This document shows, piece after piece, positions 9,708 to 19,737 of a stretch of 64,000 nt of DNA (positions within the stretch are counted from its first letter, which is position 1; the number at the start of each line of letters is the position of its first letter). This DNA is from Vulcanimicrobiota bacterium (lineage in GTDB: Bacteria; Vulcanimicrobiota; Vulcanimicrobiia; Vulcanimicrobiales; Vulcanimicrobiaceae). The notes below the pieces were generated by a model that made no database searches, was not told the origin of the DNA, and was given only the letters and a program-made list of their open reading frames with translations. The position numbers and the translations under genes were made by a program. Location: contig CAWETW010000001.1 in NCBI GenBank assembly GCA_963812155.1, forward strand, positions 416,001 through 480,000. Reading direction: 5' to 3'.

Positions 9708-10448
9708 CTACATGTCTAGGCCGCCGTTGACGTTAAAGACGGCGCCCGTAATGTAACTGGCGTCGTCTTCGAGCAGAAATCGGACGACGCGCGCCACTTC
9801 CTCCGGCTTGCCCAGACGGCGCTGCGGGATGCGTTCGATTACTTTGTTCAGCGCGGCTTCGGGAATCGCGGAGACCATTTCGGTGGCGATGAAGCCGGGC
9901 GCGACGCAGTTGACGGTGATGCCCTTCTGCGCCATCTCGAGCGCCAGGCTCTTGGTAAATCCGAAAAGACCCGCTTTCGAGGCGGCATAGTTGGCTTGCC
10001 CGATGTTGCCCGTTTCGCCGATGACCGAGCTGATCATAACGATCCGGCCCGAACCGCGTTCGATCATGTGCTCGAGCACCGCTTTAGTCATTTGAAACGC
10101 GCCAGAAAGATTGACGTTGATGACTTGGCGCCAATCGTCGGGCGTCATCTTCCGCATCGTCTTATCGATCGTGATGCCGGCGTTATTTACCAAATAATCC
10201 ACGCGCCCGAAGGCGTCGATCGCCTCCTCGAACACGCGGTTGCAATCGTCAACGTCGTCGACGCGCCCCTGATGGATCGACACCTTTGCGCCCGTGCCGG
10301 TCATCTCGTCGCGGAAGCGCTCGGCGCTGTCCTTGCCGCGACTGTAACCTGCCGCTACCGACGCGCCATGACCGGTGAGCATCCGAGTGATCGCCCCACC
10401 GATGCCGCGCGTACCGCCCGTAACGATTGCAACCCGTCCTTCAAACAC
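9708..10448 (-). CDS. phaB: Acetoacetyl-CoA reductase / FabG-like SDR (second phaB)
   Basis: TGGTRGIG, NNAGITID, GQANYAASK, PGFIATEM, FNVNGGLDM; paralog of 6475..7230. Confidence 0.75.
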   Translation of the reverse strand: MFEGRVAIVTGGTRGIGGAITRMLTGHGASVAAGYSRGKDSAERFRDEMTGTGAKVSIHQGRVDDVDDCNRVFEEAIDAFGRVDYLVNNAGITIDKTMRKMTPDDWRQVINVNLSGAFQMTKAVLEHMIERGSGRIVMISSVIGETGNIGQANYAASKAGLFGFTKSLALEMAQKGITVNCVAPGFIATEMVSAIPEAALNKVIERIPQRRLGKPEEVARVVRFLLEDDASYITGAVFNVNGGLDM

Positions 10449-10509
10449 CGCAAAACCTCCCTACGTGAGACTCGCGACGTTCGGCGAGGACGCCTCCGCC
10501 GCCCTCTCT

Positions 10510-10553
10510 CCTTCGACTACGCGCGGCTTCGCCGCGCTGCGCTCAGGATGACA
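10510..10553. repeat. REP-like palindromic element, copy 1
   Basis: ccttcgact-cgc[hairpin]cgctcaggatgaca; same termini recur at 36118-36159. Confidence 0.7.
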
Positions 10554-10562
10554 CGGTTAGTG

Positions 10563-11549
10563 TTAGTGCGGCGGAATCACGCTGATCGCGGCACCGATCA
10601 ATTCGGTTGCGCCGATGCCGTCGAAGGATGCGGTCGGCTTTCCGCCGTCCGGATACTTCCATAGCCCGATCTTCTTGACGCTCCGCAGCGACCCGCCGTA
10701 CGGCACGACGATCGTGCTGCCCTGCAGCCAAAATTGGACGACGAGATGGCTGCGCGCGCTCAAATGCACCGTTCCGGCCGTCGTGCCGGCCGAACCCGCG
10801 AAATTCACGCGGTAGATCGTGTCCTTCATGTCGTCTTCGATCGCCATGTACTTCCCGTCCCACTGTATCCCGCCGGGAAAGCCGATCGTCTGGTCCACGG
10901 TGAGGTTCTTCAACGACTTACCACCCTTGGGCAATTCGGCAAACAGCGACTGCGTCGTCCCGTTGTCCACGCCGTCGATGAACAGATTTCCCTTGGCGTC
11001 GTAACCAGCGAACAAATACTCCATGAAATCCTTGGCGGTGTAATAGGTCGGATTACCCTGGGCGTTCGCGTAGACGGCAACGTTTCCGGGCCCTTGCGAC
11101 GGACTCGTCGCGAAGTTCGTGACGGCGAGATCTCCACTCAACGGGTCGACCGCGCAACCGTTGGGGAACGCGCCGAATTCCAAGAACGTCGCGATCGGCT
11201 TCGTGCCGCCGTGCGCGTATTCGAGGACGACTTCGCCGTTGGTGTTGGTCACGAAGACGTCGCCCTTGGTATCGGCGCACAGACCCGACGATCCCTCGAA
11301 GCCTCCCAGCGTGCCGACCAGTTTCCCGTTCGGATACTGAAACACGTAGACGAAGCCGCTGTTGTCGGACACGTAGAGGAGGTTGTGGCGGTGCGCGTCG
11401 GGCGACATCCAGGTACGGACCGCTCGCGCCGGCATCGCCGTACCGGATGCAGCGCCGAGCGGAAGTGCCTGTGATGACTGCGCTCCGCTGCATCCCGCGA
11501 GCAGAGCGGATGCGGCGCAGCACGCCGAGAGGAAGTTGAACGCTTTCAT
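10563..11549 (-). CDS. Beta-propeller (NHL/SMP-30-like) lipoprotein
   Basis: Lipobox LAGC; LLYVSD, GLCAD..GDVFV, CAVDPLSGDLAV, GYDAKGNLFIDG, WDGKY. Confidence 0.75.
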   Translation of the reverse strand: MKAFNFLSACCAASALLAGCSGAQSSQALPLGAASGTAMPARAVRTWMSPDAHRHNLLYVSDNSGFVYVFQYPNGKLVGTLGGFEGSSGLCADTKGDVFVTNTNGEVVLEYAHGGTKPIATFLEFGAFPNGCAVDPLSGDLAVTNFATSPSQGPGNVAVYANAQGNPTYYTAKDFMEYLFAGYDAKGNLFIDGVDNGTTQSLFAELPKGGKSLKNLTVDQTIGFPGGIQWDGKYMAIEDDMKDTIYRVNFAGSAGTTAGTVHLSARSHLVVQFWLQGSTIVVPYGGSLRSVKKIGLWKYPDGGKPTASFDGIGATELIGAAISVIPPH

Positions 11550-11574
11550 TGTTGTCCTTTCGCCGGCTGCGCTC

Positions 11575-13146
11575 TTAGATTGCCTGGATTTTCGCCATCA
11601 TCCCACCATCTTCATGATCGAGAATGTGGCAGTGGAAAACGAACGTTCCCTTGATGACGGGGTCGCGGAAGTTCATCAAGAGATCGATCGAACCGGGCGT
11701 TCCGTTACCGCGCAGATGCGGAATGACGACGCTATCGGCCCAATACGGATGCGCTAACTTGACGCCGTCGATTTTCTCCACCAAGAAGTGAATCTGATGA
11801 ATGTGAAAGTCGTGGACTTCCGTGGTAGTGTTGGCGATGTGCCACTCCTCGACCGTGCCGGTATGCACGACGAACTCCGGGGGCGAGTTAATGTTGAACA
11901 CTTTATGGTCGATGAGAAAGTGCCGCGGGCCTTCGCTGAAGACGACGGTGCGCTTGGTCGTGGCGGCCGGCAACGGCGTCGTGTAGTAGTTCGAAGGAAG
12001 CGGTGCGCCCACTTTCAGCGGCTTGGGCTGTTCGAAACGCACGTCCCCGTGATGCGCCGGCGGCGCGATCTTCGCCAGGACGACGTTGGGATCGCGGTCG
12101 CCGCCCGAACCAGAGTCGTAGCATGCGGTGCGGAACTTCGTCGCGTGGGCTTGCCCCGTCACGACGAACTCGGCGCGTGCAGCCGGCGGCACGATGATGT
12201 AGGGCAGCGTCTCGGTCGGCGGATTCTTCGGATTGGTGTCGAGCGCGAATCCGTCAACCGCGACGAGTTGTAGCGACTCGCCGTCGACGGCGAGTTTCAT
12301 CGTCTTGTGACCGGTCGCGTTGATGACGCGGAAAAACTGCTGCTCTCCCGGAGGGATCGTGATGACCGGCTGCAACGCTCCGTTGACCGAGACGAGCAAT
12401 CCGACCTCAGGTCCGCACGGATCGTTGTTGATGAGATGCGGCTTGCCAACCGGTGCGCCGCCCATGTCCATGCCGTCCATGGAATCTTCTTGCGGGGCCG
12501 GTATGGCGTTGGCTCCGACGCCCGTGTCGCGGACGATGATCAGGCGCTGCTTCATTGCCCCCAGCCCCGGCAGATGGTGCTCGAGGCCGTCGACGACGAT
12601 CGCGCCCGACATGCCGGACTGCCCGACCTGGAAGTTCGTTTGGCCGTGGATGTGAGGATGGTACCAATAGAGTCCGGGTGGCTGATTTTTTGGAATGTGA
12701 ATGCTGTAGCGAACGCTATGTCCCGGCGTTGCAAACATGCCCAGAACGTCGTCGCCCGGAGCCAGCGGCGTCGAACCCATGCCGTGGAAATGGAGATTCA
12801 TGAAACTCGCCATTCCGCCGCGCCGCAGGTTGTCGGCCAGATTGAACACGATCGTCTCGCCCGGTTTGAGATTGATCGTCGGGGCGACGCCGTGCATCCC
12901 ATTGTAGTCGAAACCCGGGAGACCGGTGGCGGGATTGAGATCGGCGATCAGATTCACTTCGGCGACGCCGTGCACGGCATGAATGACCGGCGGCTCGGGA
13001 AGTTCGTTGACGTTGTTCGGCGCGATCGGGGCACCGCCCGCGCCCGGCAGTTGTGCGTTCGGAAGAGCATTCACCGGCGCACTCGATTGGCTGTTGCATC
13101 CCGCGATCAGCGCGCAGATCGCAACGGCGAAAAGTCGACGTAGCAT
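11575..13146 (-). CDS. Multicopper oxidase (lipoprotein)
   Basis: Four Cu motifs: HFHG, WYHPHIHG, HDFHIHQ, HCHILDHEDGGMM; lipobox IAGC. Confidence 0.95.
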   Translation of the reverse strand: MLRRLFAVAICALIAGCNSQSSAPVNALPNAQLPGAGGAPIAPNNVNELPEPPVIHAVHGVAEVNLIADLNPATGLPGFDYNGMHGVAPTINLKPGETIVFNLADNLRRGGMASFMNLHFHGMGSTPLAPGDDVLGMFATPGHSVRYSIHIPKNQPPGLYWYHPHIHGQTNFQVGQSGMSGAIVVDGLEHHLPGLGAMKQRLIIVRDTGVGANAIPAPQEDSMDGMDMGGAPVGKPHLINNDPCGPEVGLLVSVNGALQPVITIPPGEQQFFRVINATGHKTMKLAVDGESLQLVAVDGFALDTNPKNPPTETLPYIIVPPAARAEFVVTGQAHATKFRTACYDSGSGGDRDPNVVLAKIAPPAHHGDVRFEQPKPLKVGAPLPSNYYTTPLPAATTKRTVVFSEGPRHFLIDHKVFNINSPPEFVVHTGTVEEWHIANTTTEVHDFHIHQIHFLVEKIDGVKLAHPYWADSVVIPHLRGNGTPGSIDLLMNFRDPVIKGTFVFHCHILDHEDGGMMAKIQAI

Positions 13147-13155
13147 GGATCTCTC

Positions 13156-14112
13156 CTACTGGGCGGGGCTGACGACAGCCCCGTACGCATGAACGTTGGT
13201 AATCGTAGTCACGGGCGAACCGCCGTCGGGATAATTCCACAGTCCGATCCGGTCGCGCAGTTGATCCGGGCCGACGAGCGTGCTGCCGGTAATCGAGAAA
13301 TCCCGTACGCTCTTGCTGCCGTCCAGCGTCGTCGAGCCGATCTTTTTCAGATGGCCGGTTGGTCCGATAGAAAAGCGATACACCACCGTCGGAGAGACGC
13401 CGGCATCCTCGATTGCAAGGTTGGTGCCGTCCCATTCCATTTGTCCGGGCGTCTTGAACGGTTGCGCGGTCTTCAGTGGTTCGATCCGCGGCCTCGTCGG
13501 ACGCAGTTCCCCCAGCGCGAACGCACCTTGCGCGTCGACGCCGTCGACGAAAAGGTCGCCTGACGCGTCGTACCCGCAGAATCCCGCGGCAGCCATGCCG
13601 GAGTCGAAGTATCGCACCGGCGACCCCCAGCCATGCTGCGTGCGCCGGAAGACCGACACGGTTAAGCCGCTGACGCCGCCGCTCACGGCCAAGTTCCCGT
13701 TCACCGGATTGACCGAGCAGCCGGTCGGGGCGCCGGCAATGTTGAGCGAAACGATCGGTTGCGACTGGCCGTGCGGAAACTCGATAACGTCGTCGCCGCC
13801 GGTATCGGCAATCCAGACGTTGCCGGCGGGGTCGACGCACTCGCTGCGGGGACTGCCAAAACCGCTCAGCGTCCCGACCTGCTCGCCCTGCGGATACGAG
13901 TACACGAAAACGTTGTTCGACTTCACGTCGGACACGTACAGCAACGCACCGGATTGTGCTTTGGACGCCATCCACGAGTGACTGGCGATCCGCGAAAGGA
14001 CGTCGCTTTGAACCGGTGGCGCGCCGGTCGTCGCGACGCTGCCGCATCCGGCAAGCGTCATCACGCCCACACCGCAGGCAAGCGCAAAGCAACGGAAAAC
14101 CGCAAGGCGCAT
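13156..14112 (-). CDS. Beta-propeller lipoprotein (paralog of 10563..11549)
   Basis: Lipobox LAGC; LLYVSD, ECVDPAGNVWI, CSVNPVNGNLAV, GYDASGDLFVDG, WDGTN. Confidence 0.75.
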   Translation of the reverse strand: MRLAVFRCFALACGVGVMTLAGCGSVATTGAPPVQSDVLSRIASHSWMASKAQSGALLYVSDVKSNNVFVYSYPQGEQVGTLSGFGSPRSECVDPAGNVWIADTGGDDVIEFPHGQSQPIVSLNIAGAPTGCSVNPVNGNLAVSGGVSGLTVSVFRRTQHGWGSPVRYFDSGMAAAGFCGYDASGDLFVDGVDAQGAFALGELRPTRPRIEPLKTAQPFKTPGQMEWDGTNLAIEDAGVSPTVVYRFSIGPTGHLKKIGSTTLDGSKSVRDFSITGSTLVGPDQLRDRIGLWNYPDGGSPVTTITNVHAYGAVVSPAQ

Positions 14113-14197
14113 TCGGAAGCTCCTACACAGCTGAAACGAAATGACGGGAGGTCCTGTTCTGGGTCCGCCAGCCATCTCCGCCTGGCCGGGCCGGTGA

Positions 14198-14986
14198 CTA
14201 ACCGAAGCGACCGGTGATGTAGTCCTCGGTGCGGCGGTCGGACGGCTTGGTGAAGATCTTGGTCGTTTCGTCCATTTCGACGAGACGGCCGATGCCGCGT
14301 TCGTCGGAGAGCATGAACGCCGAGTAATCCGATACGCGCGCCGCCTGCTGCATGTTATGCGTGACGACGACGATCGCGTATTCGTCCGCGAGCGACGTCA
14401 TGAGTTCTTCAATGCTCAGCGTCGAGATGGGATCGAGCGACGACGTCGGCTCGTCCATCAGCAGCACGTCGGGCTCGACGGCGAGCGCGCGCGCGATGCA
14501 CAATCGTTGCTGCTGGCCACCCGAGAGCGCGGTTGCCGGCTGGGAAAGTTTGTCTTTGACCTCGTCCCAAAGGGCCGCGCCGCGCAACGCCTTTTCTACC
14601 AGCCGCATTTTCTCGCTCGGGCTTTCGTTGCGGCTTAGTCCGGCACTCACGTTCCCGGCAATGGAGAGCGTCGGGAAGGGATTAGGACGCTGGAACACCA
14701 TGCCCACGCGGCGGCGTAACTCGATGACGCTCATCTGGGAGTCGTAGACGTCCTCGCCGTCGAGCAACACGCGTCCGCGCGCATAGGCTCCGGGTGCAAT
14801 CTCGTGGATTCGATTGAGACAGCGCAGAATCGTCGTCTTTCCACACCCCGACGGGCCCATCAGCGCGGTCACTGCATTTGCACGAAACGCCATCGTCACA
14901 CCCGCCACCGCGCAACGATCCCCATAATACGCACTGAGTTCGCGCACGCTCAACGGTGCCGCCGCAGCGACTGCGCCCGTGCTCAC
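14198..14986 (-). CDS. pstB: Phosphate ABC transporter ATP-binding protein
   Basis: [62 protein letters not shown] overlaps pstA stop. Confidence 0.95.
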   Translation of the reverse strand: MSTGAVAAAAPLSVRELSAYYGDRCAVAGVTMAFRANAVTALMGPSGCGKTTILRCLNRIHEIAPGAYARGRVLLDGEDVYDSQMSVIELRRRVGMVFQRPNPFPTLSIAGNVSAGLSRNESPSEKMRLVEKALRGAALWDEVKDKLSQPATALSGGQQQRLCIARALAVEPDVLLMDEPTSSLDPISTLSIEELMTSLADEYAIVVVTHNMQQAARVSDYSAFMLSDERGIGRLVEMDETTKIFTKPSDRRTEDYITGRFG

Positions 14987-15849
14987 CGGCGCCCCTTCGG
15001 CGAAAGCACGACCCGTGCCAGCACGTTGAGCACGAGCACGGCGAGGATCAGCAACAGCGCGCCGCCCCAGGCCTGTTGGTGCCAACTCTGGTAGGGCGAG
15101 ATGGCGTAGGTGAACACTTGCAGAGGCAACTGCGCCATCGGCTGTGCCGGATTGAGCTCCCAGAACTGGCTGCCGAAGGCCGTGAAGAGCAGGGGCGCCG
15201 TCTCGCCGGTGACGCGCGCGATTGCCAGCAAGATCCCGGTGATGATGGCGGCTCTCGCGGCCGGAAGCACGATGCGCATCGTCGACGCAAATTCCGAAAG
15301 TCCAAGGGCGAGCGCACCCTCGCGAATCGCCCGCGGCACGCTGCGCACCGCATCTTCCGACGTTCGCAGGATCAGCGGCAGCATGAGGAGCGCGAACGCA
15401 AACGACGCCGAAATGGCCGAGAAATGACGAAACGGCGCAACCAGCAACGTGTAGGCGAAAAGACCGATCGCGATGCTCGGAATTCCGGAGAGCACGTCGG
15501 AGAGAAAGCGCACCGCTTCCGGAAACCAGCCGCGACCGAACAGCGCGAGAAAGAGTCCGCATAACAATCCGAGCGGCGTCGCGATTGCAACCGCGAGACC
15601 GACGGTAATCAGCGTTCCGACGATACCGTTGGCGACGCCGCCGCCGGGCTCGCCGACCGGCACCGGCAGCTGCGTGAGAAAGGCGAAATTGACGGCGCGA
15701 AAACCCTGAAACGCGACGTATCCCAGAATCAGCAGCAGAACGATCGCGCCGACCGAGGCGCAGGCCGCGGTCGCCGCCGTTCCCGCAAGGCTCAACGCGT
15801 GCCGTGCGGCGACGTGATTCTTCGAGCGCGCAACGTCCATCGTCGCCAT
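14983..15849 (-). CDS. pstA: Phosphate ABC transporter permease
   Basis: [30 protein letters not shown]; operon position. Confidence 0.95.
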   Translation of the reverse strand: MATMDVARSKNHVAARHALSLAGTAATAACASVGAIVLLLILGYVAFQGFRAVNFAFLTQLPVPVGEPGGGVANGIVGTLITVGLAVAIATPLGLLCGLFLALFGRGWFPEAVRFLSDVLSGIPSIAIGLFAYTLLVAPFRHFSAISASFAFALLMLPLILRTSEDAVRSVPRAIREGALALGLSEFASTMRIVLPAARAAIITGILLAIARVTGETAPLLFTAFGSQFWELNPAQPMAQLPLQVFTYAISPYQSWHQQAWGGALLLILAVLVLNVLARVVLSPKGRR

Positions 15850-15851
15850 GC

Positions 15852-16781
15852 TTACCTTCGTTCCCGAAGCACTGCCCACAACAACAGCCGCGCCATCGCG
15901 TTGACGACAAAGCTGACGATGAACAGCAGCAAGCCGAGCTCGATGAGCGCGCTCACGTAGACGGCACCGTTAGCTTCGCTGAACTCGTTGGCGATGACGC
16001 TCGCCAACGTGTACGACGGTGCGAAAAGTGACGTCGCGATCTCCGGCCGGTTGCCGATCACCATCGTCGTCGCAATCGTTTCGCCGAGCGCGCGGCCCAG
16101 GGCGAGCACCAGTGCGCCGAAGATGCCGATGCGCGACGCCGGCAGCACGACGCGCGCCACCGTTTCCCATTTGGTCGCGCCGAGGGACATCGACGCCTCG
16201 CGCAAATCCGATCCGATCGCAACGATCACTTCCCGGCTAATCGCGGTGACTGTCGGAAGGATCATCAGCGCTAAGATCAAGCCGGCGGTCAGCATGCCGA
16301 CGCCGCTGATCGTCCCCTGAAAAATCGGCAAGAATCCCAACGTTTTTTGCAAGAACGGCCCGAGTGCGTTGCGCACAAACGGCGCCAGCACGAACAGGCC
16401 CCACAATCCGAAGACGACGCTCGGCACGGCGGCGAGCAGTTCGATGACGAAACCTAACGGGCGCGCGATCCATACCGGCGCAAATTCGGCCAGATAGGCG
16501 GCCGCGAGAATTCCGACCACGCCCGCCAACACGATCGCGACGAGCGAACTGACGATGGTGCCGTAGATGAGCGGCAGCGCGCCGAACTGACCGGTGACCG
16601 GATTCCACTCCGACGTCCACAGAAATTTTAGTTTGAAGGCTTGGATCGAAGGCCACGACCCGTGCACGAGCTCGACGAAGAGCATTGCGACGAGCAGTAC
16701 GAAGAGCGCTGCGGCGGCGTACACTACCCACAGAAAGATCCGATCCGCCGCCGCGACTGCGGCATAGTTTCGAGCCTTCAT
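15852..16781 (-). CDS. pstC: Phosphate ABC transporter permease
   Basis: [44 protein letters not shown]. Confidence 0.95.
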   Translation of the reverse strand: MKARNYAAVAAADRIFLWVVYAAAALFVLLVAMLFVELVHGSWPSIQAFKLKFLWTSEWNPVTGQFGALPLIYGTIVSSLVAIVLAGVVGILAAAYLAEFAPVWIARPLGFVIELLAAVPSVVFGLWGLFVLAPFVRNALGPFLQKTLGFLPIFQGTISGVGMLTAGLILALMILPTVTAISREVIVAIGSDLREASMSLGATKWETVARVVLPASRIGIFGALVLALGRALGETIATTMVIGNRPEIATSLFAPSYTLASVIANEFSEANGAVYVSALIELGLLLFIVSFVVNAMARLLLWAVLRERR

Positions 16782-16860
16782 AGCCTCAAGCGCGGAGTAT
16801 GAGAAACGCCCCAATACACGATCGAGGCGCTTCCTACCTTCACGTTACTCTCGAAGTCGA

Positions 16861-17889
16861 TCAGACGTGCATTTTAGCGAGCGTCTTGTGCGCGATCTCC
16901 TGAACGTTGTCGGGTAGCGGAACGTAATCCAATCCGCCCGCGATCTTCTGAGCGTCGTCGCCCGCTAGCCACGTCAGAATCTGCTGCAGCGTCTTTCCTT
17001 TGCCTTTGTCCTGCGGACTCTGATAAACGACGACCCAGCTGTAGCCGGCAATCGGATAGCACGTCGCGCACTTCGCGTTGACGATCGAGAAGTTCGCGGG
17101 GGAGAGTTCGGGCTTTGAGGCCGCCGCTGCGCGCACGCCGCCAGGGGCGTCGGACAGATATTTGCCGGCAGCGTTCTGCAGCGTCGCTTGCGGCATCTTG
17201 TTTTGAATCGCGTACGCCAGTTCGACATAACCGATGGCGCCCGGATTGTTGTTCACTTGGCCGGCAACGCCCTCGTTGCCCTTTCCGCCAATCGCGCTCG
17301 CCGCGACCCAGGTAACGCTCTTTCCGGTTCCGACCTTGCTCTTCCACTCGCCCGAGATGTTGCTGAGATAGTCGGTGAAGATGTAGGTCGTACCCGAGCC
17401 GTCGGAGCGATGCACGACGACGATCGGCGTGTTGGGCAGTTTCATTCCGGCGTTGAGTTTGACGATTTGCGGATCGTTCCAGTTAGCAATCTTGCCGAGG
17501 AAGATGTTTGCCAGCACGCCGGGGGTTAAGTGCAGACCGCTGCCGACGCCCGGAAGATTGTACACGATTGATTCGCCGCCTAGGGCGACAGGGATTTGCA
17601 GTACCGGACCGCCGGCGGCTTCGGCCGCTTTGAGTTCGCCGGCGTTCATCGGCACGTCGGTGGCGCCGAAGTCGACCGTGCGCTGCGTAAACTGCGCGAT
17701 GCCGCCGCCGCTGCCGATCGACTGGTAATTCACTTGCACGTCGCCGTGGCTCTTGCTGTACTCGTAGAATGCCTTGGAGAAAAATGGGTAATCGAAGGTC
17801 GACCCGGCTCCGGTGAGCTGCGTCGCGGCAGCTGCGGGTACGACCATGGCAAATAGCGCCGCGAGGGCGACAGTGAAAGTCTTTCGCAT
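16861..17889 (-). CDS. pstS: Phosphate ABC transporter substrate-binding protein
   Basis: Signal peptide; GAGSTF, YQSIGSGGG, DFGATD, RSDGSGTT, GKGNEGV. Confidence 0.95.
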   Translation of the reverse strand: MRKTFTVALAALFAMVVPAAAATQLTGAGSTFDYPFFSKAFYEYSKSHGDVQVNYQSIGSGGGIAQFTQRTVDFGATDVPMNAGELKAAEAAGGPVLQIPVALGGESIVYNLPGVGSGLHLTPGVLANIFLGKIANWNDPQIVKLNAGMKLPNTPIVVVHRSDGSGTTYIFTDYLSNISGEWKSKVGTGKSVTWVAASAIGGKGNEGVAGQVNNNPGAIGYVELAYAIQNKMPQATLQNAAGKYLSDAPGGVRAAAASKPELSPANFSIVNAKCATCYPIAGYSWVVVYQSPQDKGKGKTLQQILTWLAGDDAQKIAGGLDYVPLPDNVQEIAHKTLAKMHV

Positions 17890-17910
17890 GCCTCCATTCT
17901 CAGGTCCAAA

Positions 17911-17952
17911 CGATAAGAACAGATTAAGAAAGCATAGGGAGGGCCTTAAACC
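17911..17952 (-). promoter_or_regulatory. Putative Pho box (about 11-bp periodic direct repeats)
   Basis: Minus-strand units TTTAAGG / CCTATGC / CTTAATC / CTTATCG about 11 bp apart upstream of pstS. Confidence 0.45.
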
Positions 17953-18008
17953 GAAGCGGGAGGTTCGCGAAGGCCCTGGGGCCCGGCGCCGCCGAAAGCG
18001 CCGCTTCA

Positions 18009-19736
18009 ATGTCCGACTCGAAGGTCAAAACTCCGCTCCCCGAGCTGCGCCATACGGCCGCTCACGTGCTTGCCTACGCCGTCCAGGATCTCTTTCCCGA
18101 GGCCAAGCCGACGATCGGGCCGGCCATCGAGAACGGCTTCTACTACGATTTCGACCGGGCCGACCCGTTCACGCCGGACGATCTGTCGCGTCTCGAGGCC
18201 CGGATGGCCGAGATCGTGGCAGCCGATTACCCCATGACCGGCCAGGCGGTCAGCCGCGACGATGCGCTCAGCATTTTCAGGGACAACCCCTATAAGGTAG
18301 AGATTGCCAGCGAAATCCCGGAGGGGGAGCCGATCACGCTCTATACCATCGGCGCTTTTACCGACCTCTGCCGCGGCGGGCACGCCGACTCGACCGGCGA
18401 GATCGGTGCGCTCAAACTCACTAGCGTTGCCGGCGCCTATTGGCGCGGCGACGAGCGGCGCCCTATGCTCCAGCGCATCTACGGGACGGCGTGGTACGAG
18501 CGCGCCGATCTCGACGCCTACCTTTCGCAGCTCGAAGAGGCGCTCAAGCGCGACCATCGCAAACTCGGCGCCGAGCTCGATCTCTATTCCGTCGAGGAAG
18601 ACGCCGGCGCCGGTCTGATTTTCTGGCATCCGAAGGGCGCGATCGTGCGCGGGCTCGTCGAGGATTTCATTCGCCAAGGTTTGCGCGATCGCGGCTATCA
18701 ACCGGTCGTAACGCCCCACGTCGTCAGCGAGCGGCTGTACGAAATCTCCGGGCATCTCGAAAACTTCGGTCAGAACATGTTCGGACCGCTCGAGGTCGAG
18801 GAGCAGCGCTTCCGGCTCAAACCGATGAACTGCCCCGGACACATTCTCATCTATCGCGATCGCGCGCGCAGCTACCGCGAACTGCCGGTGCGCTACAGCG
18901 AGTTCGGCACCGTCTATCGCTACGAACGCTCCGGCGTCGTGCACGGGTTGACGCGCGTGCGCGGATTCACGCAAGACGACGCACACATCTTCTGCACCGC
19001 CGATCAACTGCAGGGCGAGTTCGAACAGACGCTCGACGAAGCGATCCGGCTGATGAACGCGTTCGGCTTCGCGGAGTTCGAGTACGTTCTCTCGACGCGC
19101 GAAGCGCATCTGCGCGGCGAAACCGATCCGGTCGCCGAGGAAGCGATTGGCAAGGCGCTGGCGCGTTTCGAGTTGCCGCACGAGGTGGATCCGGGCGGCG
19201 GCGCGTTTTACGGTCCGAAACTCGACATCAACGTGCGCGACGCCCTCGGGCATACATGGCAGCTCGGTACCGTGCAGGTCGACTTCCTTCTGCCGGTGCG
19301 CTTCGATCTGAAGTATCGCGGCAGCGACGGCCACGACCACACTCCGGTGATGATTCATCGCGCGCTGGCGGGCTCGCTCGAACGCTTTTTCGGAATTCTC
19401 GTCGAGCACTATGGCGGCGCGTTTCCCGCTTGGCTGGCACCAGTGCAAGCGGTCGTCGTACCGATTTCCGAGCATCAACACGAGTACGCGCGCGAGGTGG
19501 GCGCGCGGCTGCGCGGCTTGGGCCACCGCATCGACGTCGACGAAAGCAACGAGAAGCTCGGTTACAAAATACGCCACTGGAAAACGCAGAAAATTCCCTA
19601 CATTCTCGTCGCCGGCAAACAAGAGGCGGCCGAGGGTACGGTGAACGTCAACGAGCGTGGAGTCGAAGCAAAGCGGACGCTCGACGTTGACTCGTTTGCC
19701 GAGGAACTCAACGCGCGTGTCGAGTCGAAAACCTAA
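18009..19736 (+). CDS. thrS: Threonine--tRNA ligase (short form, no N-terminal TGS domain)
   Basis: RHTAAH, GPAIENGFYYDF, DLCRGGH, KPMNCPGH, RVRGFTQDDAH, FYGPKLD, IHRA..GSLERF. Confidence 0.97.
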   Translation: MSDSKVKTPLPELRHTAAHVLAYAVQDLFPEAKPTIGPAIENGFYYDFDRADPFTPDDLSRLEARMAEIVAADYPMTGQAVSRDDALSIFRDNPYKVEIASEIPEGEPITLYTIGAFTDLCRGGHADSTGEIGALKLTSVAGAYWRGDERRPMLQRIYGTAWYERADLDAYLSQLEEALKRDHRKLGAELDLYSVEEDAGAGLIFWHPKGAIVRGLVEDFIRQGLRDRGYQPVVTPHVVSERLYEISGHLENFGQNMFGPLEVEEQRFRLKPMNCPGHILIYRDRARSYRELPVRYSEFGTVYRYERSGVVHGLTRVRGFTQDDAHIFCTADQLQGEFEQTLDEAIRLMNAFGFAEFEYVLSTREAHLRGETDPVAEEAIGKALARFELPHEVDPGGGAFYGPKLDINVRDALGHTWQLGTVQVDFLLPVRFDLKYRGSDGHDHTPVMIHRALAGSLERFFGILVEHYGGAFPAWLAPVQAVVVPISEHQHEYAREVGARLRGLGHRIDVDESNEKLGYKIRHWKTQKIPYILVAGKQEAAEGTVNVNERGVEAKRTLDVDSFAEELNARVESKT

Positions 19737-19737
19737 G

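Noticed and set aside
14987..15910. Apparent 570-aa PstB fusion
   Set aside because: Upstream part is an alternative frame of pstA; real start is GTG at 14986
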